Below are positions 38,901 to 48,007 of a DNA stretch of 64,000 bases, piece after piece. The notes beneath the pieces were generated by a model that saw nothing but the letters and a program-made list of their open reading frames with translations, ran no database searches and was not told the origin of the DNA. Within the stretch, counting starts at the first letter, position 1. Each line of letters opens with the position of its first letter. The stretch is from Acidobacteriota bacterium (GTDB lineage Bacteria > Acidobacteriota > UBA6911 > RPQK01 > JAJDTT01), in contig OZ242374.1 of assembly GCA_965209055.1 (NCBI GenBank), positions 2,432,001 through 2,496,000 of the forward strand, given 5' to 3'. Position numbers and translations under genes: made by a program.

Positions 38901-41330
38901 ATGCGCCTGACGAGCGACGGACAGAATGAATCCCGGTGGAAGGATTTCATTCGGCGCTGCGGACTCCGGTACGCGGGATTCTGGCTTGTGGTCCTGGCAT
39001 GGGCGGCCTGCTACTCGCCGCTCTTGAGTGGCTTGAGGGTCGTCACCTACGACGCCCTGGCTCAGAATTTCCCCGCCGCCGCGTTTTCCGCGAGAGCGAT
39101 TCAGCAGGGAGATTCACCCCTTTGGAATCCGAACCTCTTCGCCGGGCATCCCGCGTTGTCCGATCCCCAGATGTTCCTGTTCTCTCCCCTGTTCATGCCC
39201 TTGATGGTGCTGGGGGACCCTCACGACATCCACTGGTTCACCCTGGTCGTGGCGCTCCACGTGCTTTTGGGCGGGATCGGCTTTTACGTCCTGCTCCGGC
39301 GTGAGGACGTGGCGTTGTTGCCGGCGGTGCTGGGCGCCGCCGTCTTCATGTTCGGCGGGTACGCCCTGACCCGGCTGCAACACACGACCATGATCTTGAG
39401 CTACGCCTACTTCCCGTGGGCGCTGGTGCTCTTGCGCCGTCTGTTGAGCTCTCCCCGGGTTGGCGTTGCGGCAGGTTTCGGTGTCGCCGCCGGGGGCATG
39501 GCGGCGCACGGCAACCAGGTGGCGTACCTGCTGTCGCTGGTTCTGGCCGCCGTCGCGGCGGCGGCGTTCTTCAGGGCGCCGGACAAGGTGGCATTTCTAG
39601 TGCGGAGACTGCCCTGGCTGGCCGCGGCCGGGATCCTTGCATTCCTGGTTCTGCTGCCCCAGCTCTACGGCATCTTCCTGTTCCTGGATGACAGCAACCG
39701 TCCCCATTACGAGTACGCGTTCGGGGCCCGGCAGTCCATGTGGCCCTATATTCCGGCAACGCTGCTGGCGCCGGACCTCTTCGGCGCTCTCGGCGACAAC
39801 TATGTCGGGGCGGATGATCGGACCGAGTCGTTGTTGTACGTCGGAGGCCTCGGTGTGTGGGTGCTGGGGTTCTGGGGCTTGTGGCGCGGAGTCCTCTGGA
39901 GGCGCCGCAACCTGTTCTTCCTCGCCATGCTGGCGTTTTCGCTCCTGTACATGCTTGGCGACCTGACGCCGGCGTACCGTTTGTTCTACGAAGTCATCCC
40001 CGGCGTCGCGCTCTTTCAGCGGCCCCTGGACGGCGGGTTTCTGCTCAATATCGCCTTGGCGGGCCTGATCGCCCTGGTGTTGGACGAGGTGTTGCGAGGG
40101 GACCGGGAGAGGCTTCCGTCGCGGCCGATGCAATTGGCAGGAAGGGTGTGCCTGGCGTTTCTGGGGACGGCTTTCACAGTCGCCGTATGGAAGGGCGTGA
40201 CTCTGCACCAGGATTGGCGGCCGGTGCCGGAGGCCCTCGCCGCGGCCGGGGCCTGGGTGTTCGCATCCGCAGTGGTCCTGTTTCTGTTGTTGCGTTACCA
40301 ACAACTGCGATGGCCGTTGTCTCTGACCCTCACAGCCCTTCTGGTGGCCAACCTGGGATGGGTGAACCTGAACCGCAGGATCAATGTGGTGCCGACCGGA
40401 AAAATCAGCCATCCCGGCGGCTTGCCCAAGGCCCACCGGCAAATCGTGGAGTTCATCGGCGAAAATACGGCTGCCGGAGAGAGCGGCGCTCCCCCTCGCC
40501 GGGTCGACCTGATTTACGCCGGTGCAGAGATGTCGAATCTGCCCAATCTCTATCCGATTCATTCCATTTCGGGCGCCAATCCGTTTGTATCCGGCCGCTA
40601 CCAGATGTTTGCGGGCAAACGAAACGTCTACTCGGGACCGCCGCTGTTTTCACCCATGATGCCCGGCTATGCATCGGAAGCACTGGACAGTCTCGACGTG
40701 AAATATGTGATCACCGCCCTGGACCTGGAAGAGTACGATTCGACCTACGATGCCGCCGATCTGCCGCTGGTGGAGCGCTTCGCCAACATCTCGGTCTACG
40801 AGAATCCGGATGCGCTTCCCCGCGTACGCCTGCTGAACCGGTTCCAGGTCGCCTGCAGTCGAGAGCAGGCGGCGGAACTGCTGTCCAGCCCTTCCTTCTC
40901 CCACCACGGCAATGCGGTGGTCGAACTGCGGGATGATCCGGTCCCCGAGTTGCAACGAGTCTTCGGCGCCGGAGGAGCCCCGCCGTGCGCTGACGGCTCG
41001 AGTATCGAGATTTCAACCGAGCCGGGCGGCCCGGATCAGGTCCGGATCGTGAACTATGAAAACGACCGGGTCGAGGTGGTGACCGACAGCAGGCATCCGC
41101 GCCTGCTGGTCCTGGCGGATGTCCTCACCGAGGGATGGAAGGCCTCGCTGGACGGTCGGGAAGTGCCGATCCACTACGCCAACTATGCTTTCCGGGGCGT
41201 GTTTTTGCCTCCGGGACACCACGAGATCAGCTTCCGGTTCCGGCCGTTCGACGCCGACGTCGCCGTCCGTGTCCTGCGGAGAATCTTATCGGGCCGCGAC
41301 GAGAACCCGGTGCCGATTCGTTACCGTTGA
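38901..41330 (+). CDS. YfhO family polytopic membrane protein (GT-C glycosyltransferase-like)
   Basis: PLWNPNLFAGHP, YVG, YENPDALPR, GWKASLDG, ANYAFRGVFLPPGHHEISFRF. Confidence 0.88.
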   Translation: MRLTSDGQNESRWKDFIRRCGLRYAGFWLVVLAWAACYSPLLSGLRVVTYDALAQNFPAAAFSARAIQQGDSPLWNPNLFAGHPALSDPQMFLFSPLFMPLMVLGDPHDIHWFTLVVALHVLLGGIGFYVLLRREDVALLPAVLGAAVFMFGGYALTRLQHTTMILSYAYFPWALVLLRRLLSSPRVGVAAGFGVAAGGMAAHGNQVAYLLSLVLAAVAAAAFFRAPDKVAFLVRRLPWLAAAGILAFLVLLPQLYGIFLFLDDSNRPHYEYAFGARQSMWPYIPATLLAPDLFGALGDNYVGADDRTESLLYVGGLGVWVLGFWGLWRGVLWRRRNLFFLAMLAFSLLYMLGDLTPAYRLFYEVIPGVALFQRPLDGGFLLNIALAGLIALVLDEVLRGDRERLPSRPMQLAGRVCLAFLGTAFTVAVWKGVTLHQDWRPVPEALAAAGAWVFASAVVLFLLLRYQQLRWPLSLTLTALLVANLGWVNLNRRINVVPTGKISHPGGLPKAHRQIVEFIGENTAAGESGAPPRRVDLIYAGAEMSNLPNLYPIHSISGANPFVSGRYQMFAGKRNVYSGPPLFSPMMPGYASEALDSLDVKYVITALDLEEYDSTYDAADLPLVERFANISVYENPDALPRVRLLNRFQVACSREQAAELLSSPSFSHHGNAVVELRDDPVPELQRVFGAGGAPPCADGSSIEISTEPGGPDQVRIVNYENDRVEVVTDSRHPRLLVLADVLTEGWKASLDGREVPIHYANYAFRGVFLPPGHHEISFRFRPFDADVAVRVLRRILSGRDENPVPIRYR

Positions 41331-41467
41331 CGGCTCCACCCGTCCGGTTTGGAGGCCTTCGGCCGCCACCGAAAAGGTCCATCGATCCAACTCGTAGCGC
41401 GCCCCTGCGGTATGATGCGCAACGAACGAATCTTGCCCGCACAAGCGGAGGACAGGAGAGACTTCCC

Positions 41468-42460
41468 ATGACCGGTTCGATAGTTACGATTATTTTTTCG
41501 CTCGTGTTGAGTGCCCCCGGTTTCGCCGGCCGGCTTCCCGCGGAGACCGCGGCGGGTCCGGGCCGTCCCGGTTCGGCAGCCGAATCCGCGCCCGAGGGGG
41601 TCCGCTGCAAAGGCCAGCCCCAAGGCACGTCCTGCTGGATGGAGTTGGCCAACCAGCCGGGATGTTACGTCTGGAACAGCTACTTCCAGGAGGACGAGGC
41701 CCTGACCTGGACCGCAGAGTGCGTCGAGGGCTTGGCTCACGGCAAAGGCACGCTGACGGAGGCCTGGGACGGGGGCAAAAAAAAGGAGGAAAAAACCGGG
41801 CGCATTGTGAAAGGAAAGGCACTCGGGAAATGGGTCTACCGCGACCAGGATGGGAACGTCTCGGAGGGCCCGTTCAAGGAGGGCATGCGTCACGGAGACT
41901 GGGTCGAGCGCCTGGCGGGAGGGACCGTCCAGGAAGGGCCGTATGAGGCGGGGAAACGGCAGGGCAAGTGGTCTCTGCGCTTCGCTACCGGGACCGTCAT
42001 GGAGGGCTCGTTTGCGAAGGGGTACCAAGAGGGCAAGTGGGTGTTGCGTTTCGCTAACGGAAACGTCCATGAAGGCCCGTACAAGGTCAACAGGCGTCAC
42101 GGAGACTGGGTCGAGCGCCTGGCGAATGGGACCGTCCAGGAAGGCCCGTACGTGAGAGGGAGACGGCAGGGCAAGTGGGTGTTGCGTTTCGCTTCCGGCA
42201 CTGTGATGGAAGGCCCGTTCGTGGCCGGGAAGCGTCAGGGTCATTGGGTCGAGCGCTACGCGGATGGGGCCGTCCTGGAAGGCTCGTATGAGGCGGGCAA
42301 GGAGCAGGGGCATTGGGTCGAGCGTTTGGCGGACGGGACCATCCAGGAAGGCCCGTATGAGGCGGGGAAGCGCCACGGATGGTGGTTCAAGCGGAGGAAA
42401 GGGGTCGTGGTTGAGGAAGCGTACTTTGTGAAGGGGGAAGGGGCGTGGGGCCAAAGCTAG
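41468..42460 (+). CDS. Secreted MORN-like (23-aa) repeat protein with a Cys-rich N-domain, paralog 1
   Basis: Signal peptide, CWMELANQPGCYVWN, then 8 full GxWVxRxxxGTVxEGPYxxGKRx repeats and a terminal variant. Confidence 0.82.
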   Translation: MTGSIVTIIFSLVLSAPGFAGRLPAETAAGPGRPGSAAESAPEGVRCKGQPQGTSCWMELANQPGCYVWNSYFQEDEALTWTAECVEGLAHGKGTLTEAWDGGKKKEEKTGRIVKGKALGKWVYRDQDGNVSEGPFKEGMRHGDWVERLAGGTVQEGPYEAGKRQGKWSLRFATGTVMEGSFAKGYQEGKWVLRFANGNVHEGPYKVNRRHGDWVERLANGTVQEGPYVRGRRQGKWVLRFASGTVMEGPFVAGKRQGHWVERYADGAVLEGSYEAGKEQGHWVERLADGTIQEGPYEAGKRHGWWFKRRKGVVVEEAYFVKGEGAWGQS

Positions 42461-42516
42461 CAGCCCGTGGTAAAAGTCATCACGGCATTCGACCGTCCCT
42501 GCATCCCGGCGGACTG
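42457..42516. repeat. Left part of a split 166-bp palindromic repeat (ERIC/MITE-like), including the left att core
   Basis: CTAGCAGCCCGTGGTAAAAGTC (42457-42478) is the inverted partner of 53437-53458 (20 of 22). The segment ends in CCCGGCGGACTG (42505-42516). Confidence 0.85.
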
Positions 42517-42651
42517 ATTCCAAAAATTCCGTAAACTATTCAACTTAAAAGAGTTACGAATATTTCTTCGACTCTCTTCCCCCCATTATTTCCACCTGAT
42601 CGAATCGGATGCCATTGGCCCTTCGTGGCCGTAAACGGAGTAACCGTTCGG

Positions 42652-42868
42652 TCAGGCCGTGGAAGAGCGGTCGGTCGGCATCCGCTCAAGCAGTGCGACG
42701 GCCGGTGCCCTCGATACCGTGGGGTAGCCGTCTAGAAACTCGCCGAGCTGGTCGCCGACTTCGAGGTGCGATCAGCATGCGCACCGGAACCCTGGTCCCC
42801 GAGAATACGGGAGTCGTCCAAGATGGCAGGATTTCTGCAGGATTTCTGTTAGTGAGCTTCTCGGTCAT
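42652..42868 (-). pseudogene. DUF433 antitoxin pseudogene
   Basis: MTEKLTNRNP..TPVFSGTRVPVRMLI, then a frameshift to HLEVGDQLGEFLDGYPTVSR..AVALLE. It also contains an 11-bp tandem duplication (CAGAAATCCTG x2). Confidence 0.8.
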
Positions 42869-42940
42869 TGTGACCTCCACTCGCGTCCGTCCCGTGTATC
42901 GGTCTGCCAAGCACCCACGCTCGCTCGAATGGGGAGTCTA

Positions 42941-45900
42941 CTATGGCAAGCTGGAGGATGACACCAACAGCAATGCGGCGATTCGTCGTGCGGTGTCGGC
43001 GAAGTGCTGAACTTCCTCGGAACGAAGACTCCTGCCCAGAACCTCGTTCTCCCGGTAGGACAACCACTTCTTGAGCACTTGGTAGCCGCCAAGCCGGTAG
43101 TCCCAGACGGCGGAGGGTAGGTTGCGCCAGTACGCCTCCCCATTCAGGTAGACATCGCAGGTGGTCTCACCAAGGACGGCAAGGTGTTCTGCCAACGCTG
43201 CGCGCTCCTCAGGTCGATAGGGACGCTCGACGATGTGGCCTCTGCCGGGCATCACGGCATCGCCCGCTCCGAAGTGGCCCCAGCCCGCGGTCACGGCGAA
43301 GTCCTCGCCCGCCATGTAGCGTCCCGTAACGGTGTCGGGCACCGCGATCTCGGGACGTAGGGGCGTCCCGGTCCCGCTTGACACAGGCAGTTCCGAGTCG
43401 AGCAGTGCGGCGACCATACGGCCTCTGGTCGCTGATCCAGCGAGTGCTTCCGCCGCTCCTTCGGACTCCCCGTCCGGCCAGCCGGGCAGCGGAATGCGCG
43501 GCCATTCCATGCGCAGCGCCCCCGCGTTGGCCTCCCGATACGCTGGATCGTGAAGGGTGGCGAGCACATGGTGGAACAGATCCTCGACACCGAGACCGAG
43601 GCGGGCAAGATACCGTTGCGCCTTCCCCGAGAGATTGGCACGACGTTCCGTGCCGGTTGCCGCGCCCAAGCCGTCCTCGCGAAGCCATGCCGGGAAGCAG
43701 GTGGCGCTACGATCCATTAAATCGATGCACCCGATCTGAGAGATGACTTGGGGCGGTGACCATTCCCGGCGTGGCTTTCGCTGCGTCACAAAGAACTTGT
43801 TTCCCGTGAAGACATGCGGTGGGTAGCGAGGGCTCTTCTCGCGCAGCAGCTTGGTATCGCGTTCCCAATACAGCCACCGGCTGTCGAACGGTCGGTACGC
43901 GTAGGCAACAAACCCCTCTTCAGCGGGTCCACCTCGCGCGAGCAGTGTGTTTCGGACTCCTCGCGCATCGAACCGTCTGGTGTCCTGCATCACGCGTGGG
44001 TAGCGCCGCGCAATCTCTTCGTGCCTCACCATCGGGTCGAAGTACTCCTCGATGCGTGCCCTGAGTCGGTTTAGGTCCACGTCGACGAGGAACTCGTCGC
44101 GACCGGTCTGGACACCCGGAAACGAGACCGGGAACAGGTCGGGCAGCGCGGGCCAATCGAACCAATCGGGGCTCACCGCAGTCTCCGCGAACGGCAGGCC
44201 CAGCGGCAGAAGCGGTGCGACTTCGGAGTAGAGCGTGTCCGGTTCCGCGTCGGCCGTGGCGGTCAACTCCGTCGGTTTGGACTGCCCCCACAAGTGCCGG
44301 AACGCAATGGCTTCGGTGGGTTCGTGGTTCCTCTTGCGCACCAGCGTCGCGATGGCCGTACCCACTTGGATACCGACCGGATCTCCCTCGGTCGAAAAGA
44401 TGCTCGGGTCGGGCGATCCGTCCGGCGCGACCTTGCCCGTCTTGTACTTGTCGCCGTTCAGACAGTCGATCCGGATCGCGTCGAACGCTTCGAGGTAGCG
44501 CTCCCGCATCCCAGTGAAGGACAGCCCGTCGAGCCACGAGTAGTTGGAGATGAAGCAGACGACGCCCTGTCCGGTCTTCTCCGCGATGCGGCGCTCCGCC
44601 ATTCGGAAGAACCGGACGTATAGGTCATTCAGGCCCTGTCCTTCGGGCTTCCGCACGCGCTCTGTCGTGCGGTACGCTTCCGAGAGTTCACGTTCTTCTT
44701 CCACTGCCATGCCCGCGAACCCGTTGTAGGGCGGGTTGCCGAGGATCACCAGGATCGGGACGTCCTGCTTCACTGCTTCCGCGAGGTCGCGCTCCTCTTC
44801 AAGCTCCGGGAACGGCAACGGCTTGGTCGTGTGCGGTTCCCAGCCCGTCAGAGCGTTGGTGAGAAACACCCCGGCGCGCTCCGATCCGTCCTCCGCCAGC
44901 GGTGCGCCCAGATTCTGCATGGTTAGGCCGACCTGCAAATGAGATACGACGAACGGCGCGGGCATGATCTCGAACCCGAACACTCGCTCGATTGCCGCCC
45001 TCCTGACCTCCGCGCCCGCGAGCGCCCCGAGGCCCTGCTCCCCGAGATTGACGGCGATGCGCCGGAGCACCTCTGCCAGATAGGCCCCCGTTCCACAGCA
45101 GGGGTCCAGCACATAGACGTTCTCGGCTGCGAGCCCCGCTGGAATCCCCAGATCGTCCTTGAGCGCCCTGTCCACCCGCGCGACCATGTAGCGGACCACT
45201 TCGGTCGGCGTGTACCACACCCCCAACTGCTTTCGGAGAACAGGGTCGAAAGCTTCCAGGAACGGTTCATAAAAGTACGGCACGGCCTCGCCTTCGTTGA
45301 ACCGTGAGAAGAACGCCGTCCGGTCCACGCGGTCGAGCGCCGCCGATGTCCAGTCCAATACCTCGACCAGGCCGAGCGACATCAACCGGCCCGGGTCGGC
45401 CAACTGTTGGAATAAGGCCCGCAGCACGGGTGCGCGCAGGTGCCAGACCGCCTCGCGCCACCGGAACCGCTGGGGACCGTAGTGGTCCTGGAACAGCGGG
45501 CCGTTCCTGTTCTGCTCGTGGCGGGACCACAGCACCCACGCGGAGAAGATGCCGTAGAACAGCGTCTGGATCAGGGTCGAACGGAAGAGACGTTCCCCGC
45601 GCTCGTCCTCGAAGCGAATCCCGAGCGCTTCCTCCATCGCCGAGCGGACGGCCACAAGCGATGGAACATTCCCCGCGGCCTCGACGCGGGCCAAGCCGTC
45701 GCGGGCGTAGGAAGCCAGCAGCCACGCCAAGTCCTTCGGCTCCGCCAGGGCGGCCCGATGCGACAGCGCCCGCGCTAGATACTCGCCGAGGCCCGCGCCG
45801 ATCTCGCGGGCGAAGGCGCGAGGAGTCTCCACCCGGCGCCAGAAGTCGTCCGCATCCTTGGCCAAGCGGTAGGTTTCGAGCTTGGCTGGGCCTCCCCTCC

Positions 45901-46306
45901 CGTCCGCGCCCACCAAGACGAAATTCCGTAGGTTCGTAACCAGCACCAGCCGGTAACGGCCCCAATAGCGGCTCACCTGATCGGATTCCGCCGTCAACCA
46001 GGCATTGTCACCAACGCCCTTGACCTCGACGACGCCACGCTCTGGAACCTGCCCCGGCCTCGGGCGGCCCCTCTGAACCTGCCTCGCCGTGTACAGGGCA
46101 CAGTCGGGATGGCCAGCCCCCTGATCCGCGGGTTCCAAAACGCAGAACACCTTGGGTCTCAGTGTAGCCCCGACCGCCCGCAGCAAGCTCGCCAGCGCCG
46201 GATAGTACGAGCGCTCGCCCGTAGCGCCGCCCGATGCGCGCACGCGCCGGAGTTCGCCGAAATACGCCTCCACTGCGGCGGCTAACTTCTTGTTCGGTTG
46301 GGCCAT
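42941..46306 (-). CDS. Single-chain restriction-modification enzyme (N6-adenine MTase with Type ISP-like C-terminal specificity domain and N-terminal PD-(D/E)xK-like domain; no helicase)
   Basis: GHPD...VVEVK, FYEPFLEAFDP..RKQLGVWYTP, VLDPCCGTG, GNPPY, YRPFD, WDYRLGGYQVLKKWL. Start ATG 46306 after AGGAAGG. Confidence 0.88.
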   Translation of the reverse strand: MAQPNKKLAAAVEAYFGELRRVRASGGATGERSYYPALASLLRAVGATLRPKVFCVLEPADQGAGHPDCALYTARQVQRGRPRPGQVPERGVVEVKGVGDNAWLTAESDQVSRYWGRYRLVLVTNLRNFVLVGADGRGGPAKLETYRLAKDADDFWRRVETPRAFAREIGAGLGEYLARALSHRAALAEPKDLAWLLASYARDGLARVEAAGNVPSLVAVRSAMEEALGIRFEDERGERLFRSTLIQTLFYGIFSAWVLWSRHEQNRNGPLFQDHYGPQRFRWREAVWHLRAPVLRALFQQLADPGRLMSLGLVEVLDWTSAALDRVDRTAFFSRFNEGEAVPYFYEPFLEAFDPVLRKQLGVWYTPTEVVRYMVARVDRALKDDLGIPAGLAAENVYVLDPCCGTGAYLAEVLRRIAVNLGEQGLGALAGAEVRRAAIERVFGFEIMPAPFVVSHLQVGLTMQNLGAPLAEDGSERAGVFLTNALTGWEPHTTKPLPFPELEEERDLAEAVKQDVPILVILGNPPYNGFAGMAVEEERELSEAYRTTERVRKPEGQGLNDLYVRFFRMAERRIAEKTGQGVVCFISNYSWLDGLSFTGMRERYLEAFDAIRIDCLNGDKYKTGKVAPDGSPDPSIFSTEGDPVGIQVGTAIATLVRKRNHEPTEAIAFRHLWGQSKPTELTATADAEPDTLYSEVAPLLPLGLPFAETAVSPDWFDWPALPDLFPVSFPGVQTGRDEFLVDVDLNRLRARIEEYFDPMVRHEEIARRYPRVMQDTRRFDARGVRNTLLARGGPAEEGFVAYAYRPFDSRWLYWERDTKLLREKSPRYPPHVFTGNKFFVTQRKPRREWSPPQVISQIGCIDLMDRSATCFPAWLREDGLGAATGTERRANLSGKAQRYLARLGLGVEDLFHHVLATLHDPAYREANAGALRMEWPRIPLPGWPDGESEGAAEALAGSATRGRMVAALLDSELPVSSGTGTPLRPEIAVPDTVTGRYMAGEDFAVTAGWGHFGAGDAVMPGRGHIVERPYRPEERAALAEHLAVLGETTCDVYLNGEAYWRNLPSAVWDYRLGGYQVLKKWLSYRENEVLGRSLRSEEVQHFADTARRIAALLLVSSSSLP

Positions 46307-46367
46307 CCTGCCTTCCTGGTGATTCGGACGCGCCTCCGCATTGAGGCTGCCCTCTGGCGATTCAATC

Positions 46368-46598
46368 GTGACCGTAAGCACTCTAACAAAGGCGGCGCTC
46401 GTGGAGAACGTGGCCAACGTCGCCAACCTCACGAAGAAGCACTCCGGAAGTCGTCGTCGAGACCGTGTTCAGCAACATCGCCAAGGCGCTTCTCGGCGGG
46501 AGAAGGTCGAACTTCGTGGCTCCCGGCAGCTTTCGCCTCCCGCGCCGCCGAGAGCCGCCAGGAGCCTCAATCCCACGAAGCGGTCCAGCAGGCCGTAG
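46368..46598 (+). pseudogene. Integration host factor/HU family pseudogene
   Basis: Pieces in shifting frames read LTKAALVENVANVANLTKKHS / VVVETVFSNIAKAL / EKVELRG / GSFRL / RRE / LNP, which is the IHF/HU consensus broken by several frameshifts. Confidence 0.8.
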
Positions 46599-47069
46599 CA
46601 TCGAAGAACGGTGCAGGCTGGAGCCATCGTCGGTGCCTTGGTCGGCATCGCGGGAATCGTAGTCAGTGTCCTCAGGTTGTACGGTTGACAGCCCTTACGA
46701 AGCTACCGGCTGCCGCTAGTACACAGCGATTTGCGATGCCTGAAACCAATGCCGCAGTGGATTCTCCAGACTGCGCCAGATTGTCCTTTCCGCCGCAATC
46801 TGTTGGTGGAACCCGCGATGTGGCACGCCTGAAGGCGACGGCCGACGTGCTCGGGGATGTGTCCGCGCTCGTTCTGGGTGACCGGGCCAACAGGTGCCGG
46901 TCCTTGCATTAAGTGCTGCGAACTGCGGCTTCTGGAGCAGATGCCGGCGATTAGTTCTCCATGTGGAACCTGCGGCGCACCCGCGCACCCAAACGCCGCG
47001 GACTTGGTATGGCAGATTGCGGCTTCATCACGTTTGTCGCTCGCGGTTCAGCGCGTGAGATCGCCGGAC

Positions 47070-47318
47070 ATGGCAGAGCCGGAGGTTGACGTTACCTTGG
47101 TCTACGCGCCGCAATCTGGGAAACGGTCTTGGCTCCGGCTGACCGGTCGGCGCGACGAGATACCAGCGGGTGATCGGTACCGGTTGCTGATCCATGTCGT
47201 GGTCAAGAGCCTCGCAAAGTATGAAGTCGTCATCGACGTGAAGGGCCGGAATGACGACCCGATTTCTCGCAAAGTCATAGCTGCTCTGGAGCTTGAGTTG
47301 GTGTCCGTGTACGACTAG
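47070..47318 (+). CDS. Hypothetical protein or gene fragment
   Basis: Plausible amino-acid composition in the 3' part of ORF 46857-47318. No recognisable motif. Confidence 0.3.
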   Translation: MAEPEVDVTLVYAPQSGKRSWLRLTGRRDEIPAGDRYRLLIHVVVKSLAKYEVVIDVKGRNDDPISRKVIAALELELVSVYD

Positions 47319-47815
47319 ATGGACAGTTCGATTATTCCACTGTCTGCTCCGCGTCCGCACAATAGCCAAATTTGCTCGAAGGGATGTTCACCGAAGATGA
47401 TACTCTTATCTGCAAGATAGGATTGGAAGTCGGCATACGTCCACAGTGGATTGGCGTTTCGAACCAGGAGCCACACTGGAGTCGTACTGTACGTCTTCTT
47501 GCACTTAGACTGAAGCACTCTCGCCAGGCTGTCGCCAATTCGGCTACTCAACGGGGTAAGTCGTGCTTGCTGCTGCTCTTCCTCACTCGGGTAGGAATGG
47601 CCTCGTCTTCCAAGAAGTCTCTTTGCGTCAGATGGGGGACCATATACGTGAGCAACTTCAATGTAGACATCTTCGCCAGCCAATGTGCATCGCGTGTCTG
47701 GGCGAGGGGGTTGGCAGCATTTCTTATACTCTAAGTGGCGTCCGGGATGCCGCCGGTTGTACGCCTCACAGAACTCGATGACCCCGAACTTCTCAAGATC
47801 GGATTTTTCAGACAT
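47315..47815 (-). CDS. Hypothetical protein, putative PD-(D/E)xK nuclease fold
   Basis: PRPD...VYIEVA arrangement, plus K..KTY, WLLV and PFEQIWLL strands seen in small restriction-like proteins. GGAG RBS. Visibly lower GC. Confidence 0.55.
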   Translation of the reverse strand: MSEKSDLEKFGVIEFCEAYNRRHPGRHLEYKKCCQPPRPDTRCTLAGEDVYIEVAHVYGPPSDAKRLLGRRGHSYPSEEEQQQARLTPLSSRIGDSLARVLQSKCKKTYSTTPVWLLVRNANPLWTYADFQSYLADKSIIFGEHPFEQIWLLCGRGADSGIIELSI

Positions 47816-48007
47816 TCGTTGCTCCGGCGGCTCTCAGTTCGAAAAGCTCGTGTCGTCCACGACATAGGACTACACGCTTGGCAGGTCGCGACTATAGCAG
47901 GCGCACGACTCGGGTGATCACCGCGCTGGCCGCCCATGGGCTGACGACCACGCACGGCTGCAACCGCTACGCGACGCGTAATTACGATCCGTGAAAGTCG
48001 GCTCGTA

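Noticed and set aside
46600-48007. Integron attC cassettes around the low-GC cargo (also checked at 62200-64000)
   Set aside because: No RYYYAAC...GTTRRRY paired ends found, and the integrase is P4-type, not IntI.
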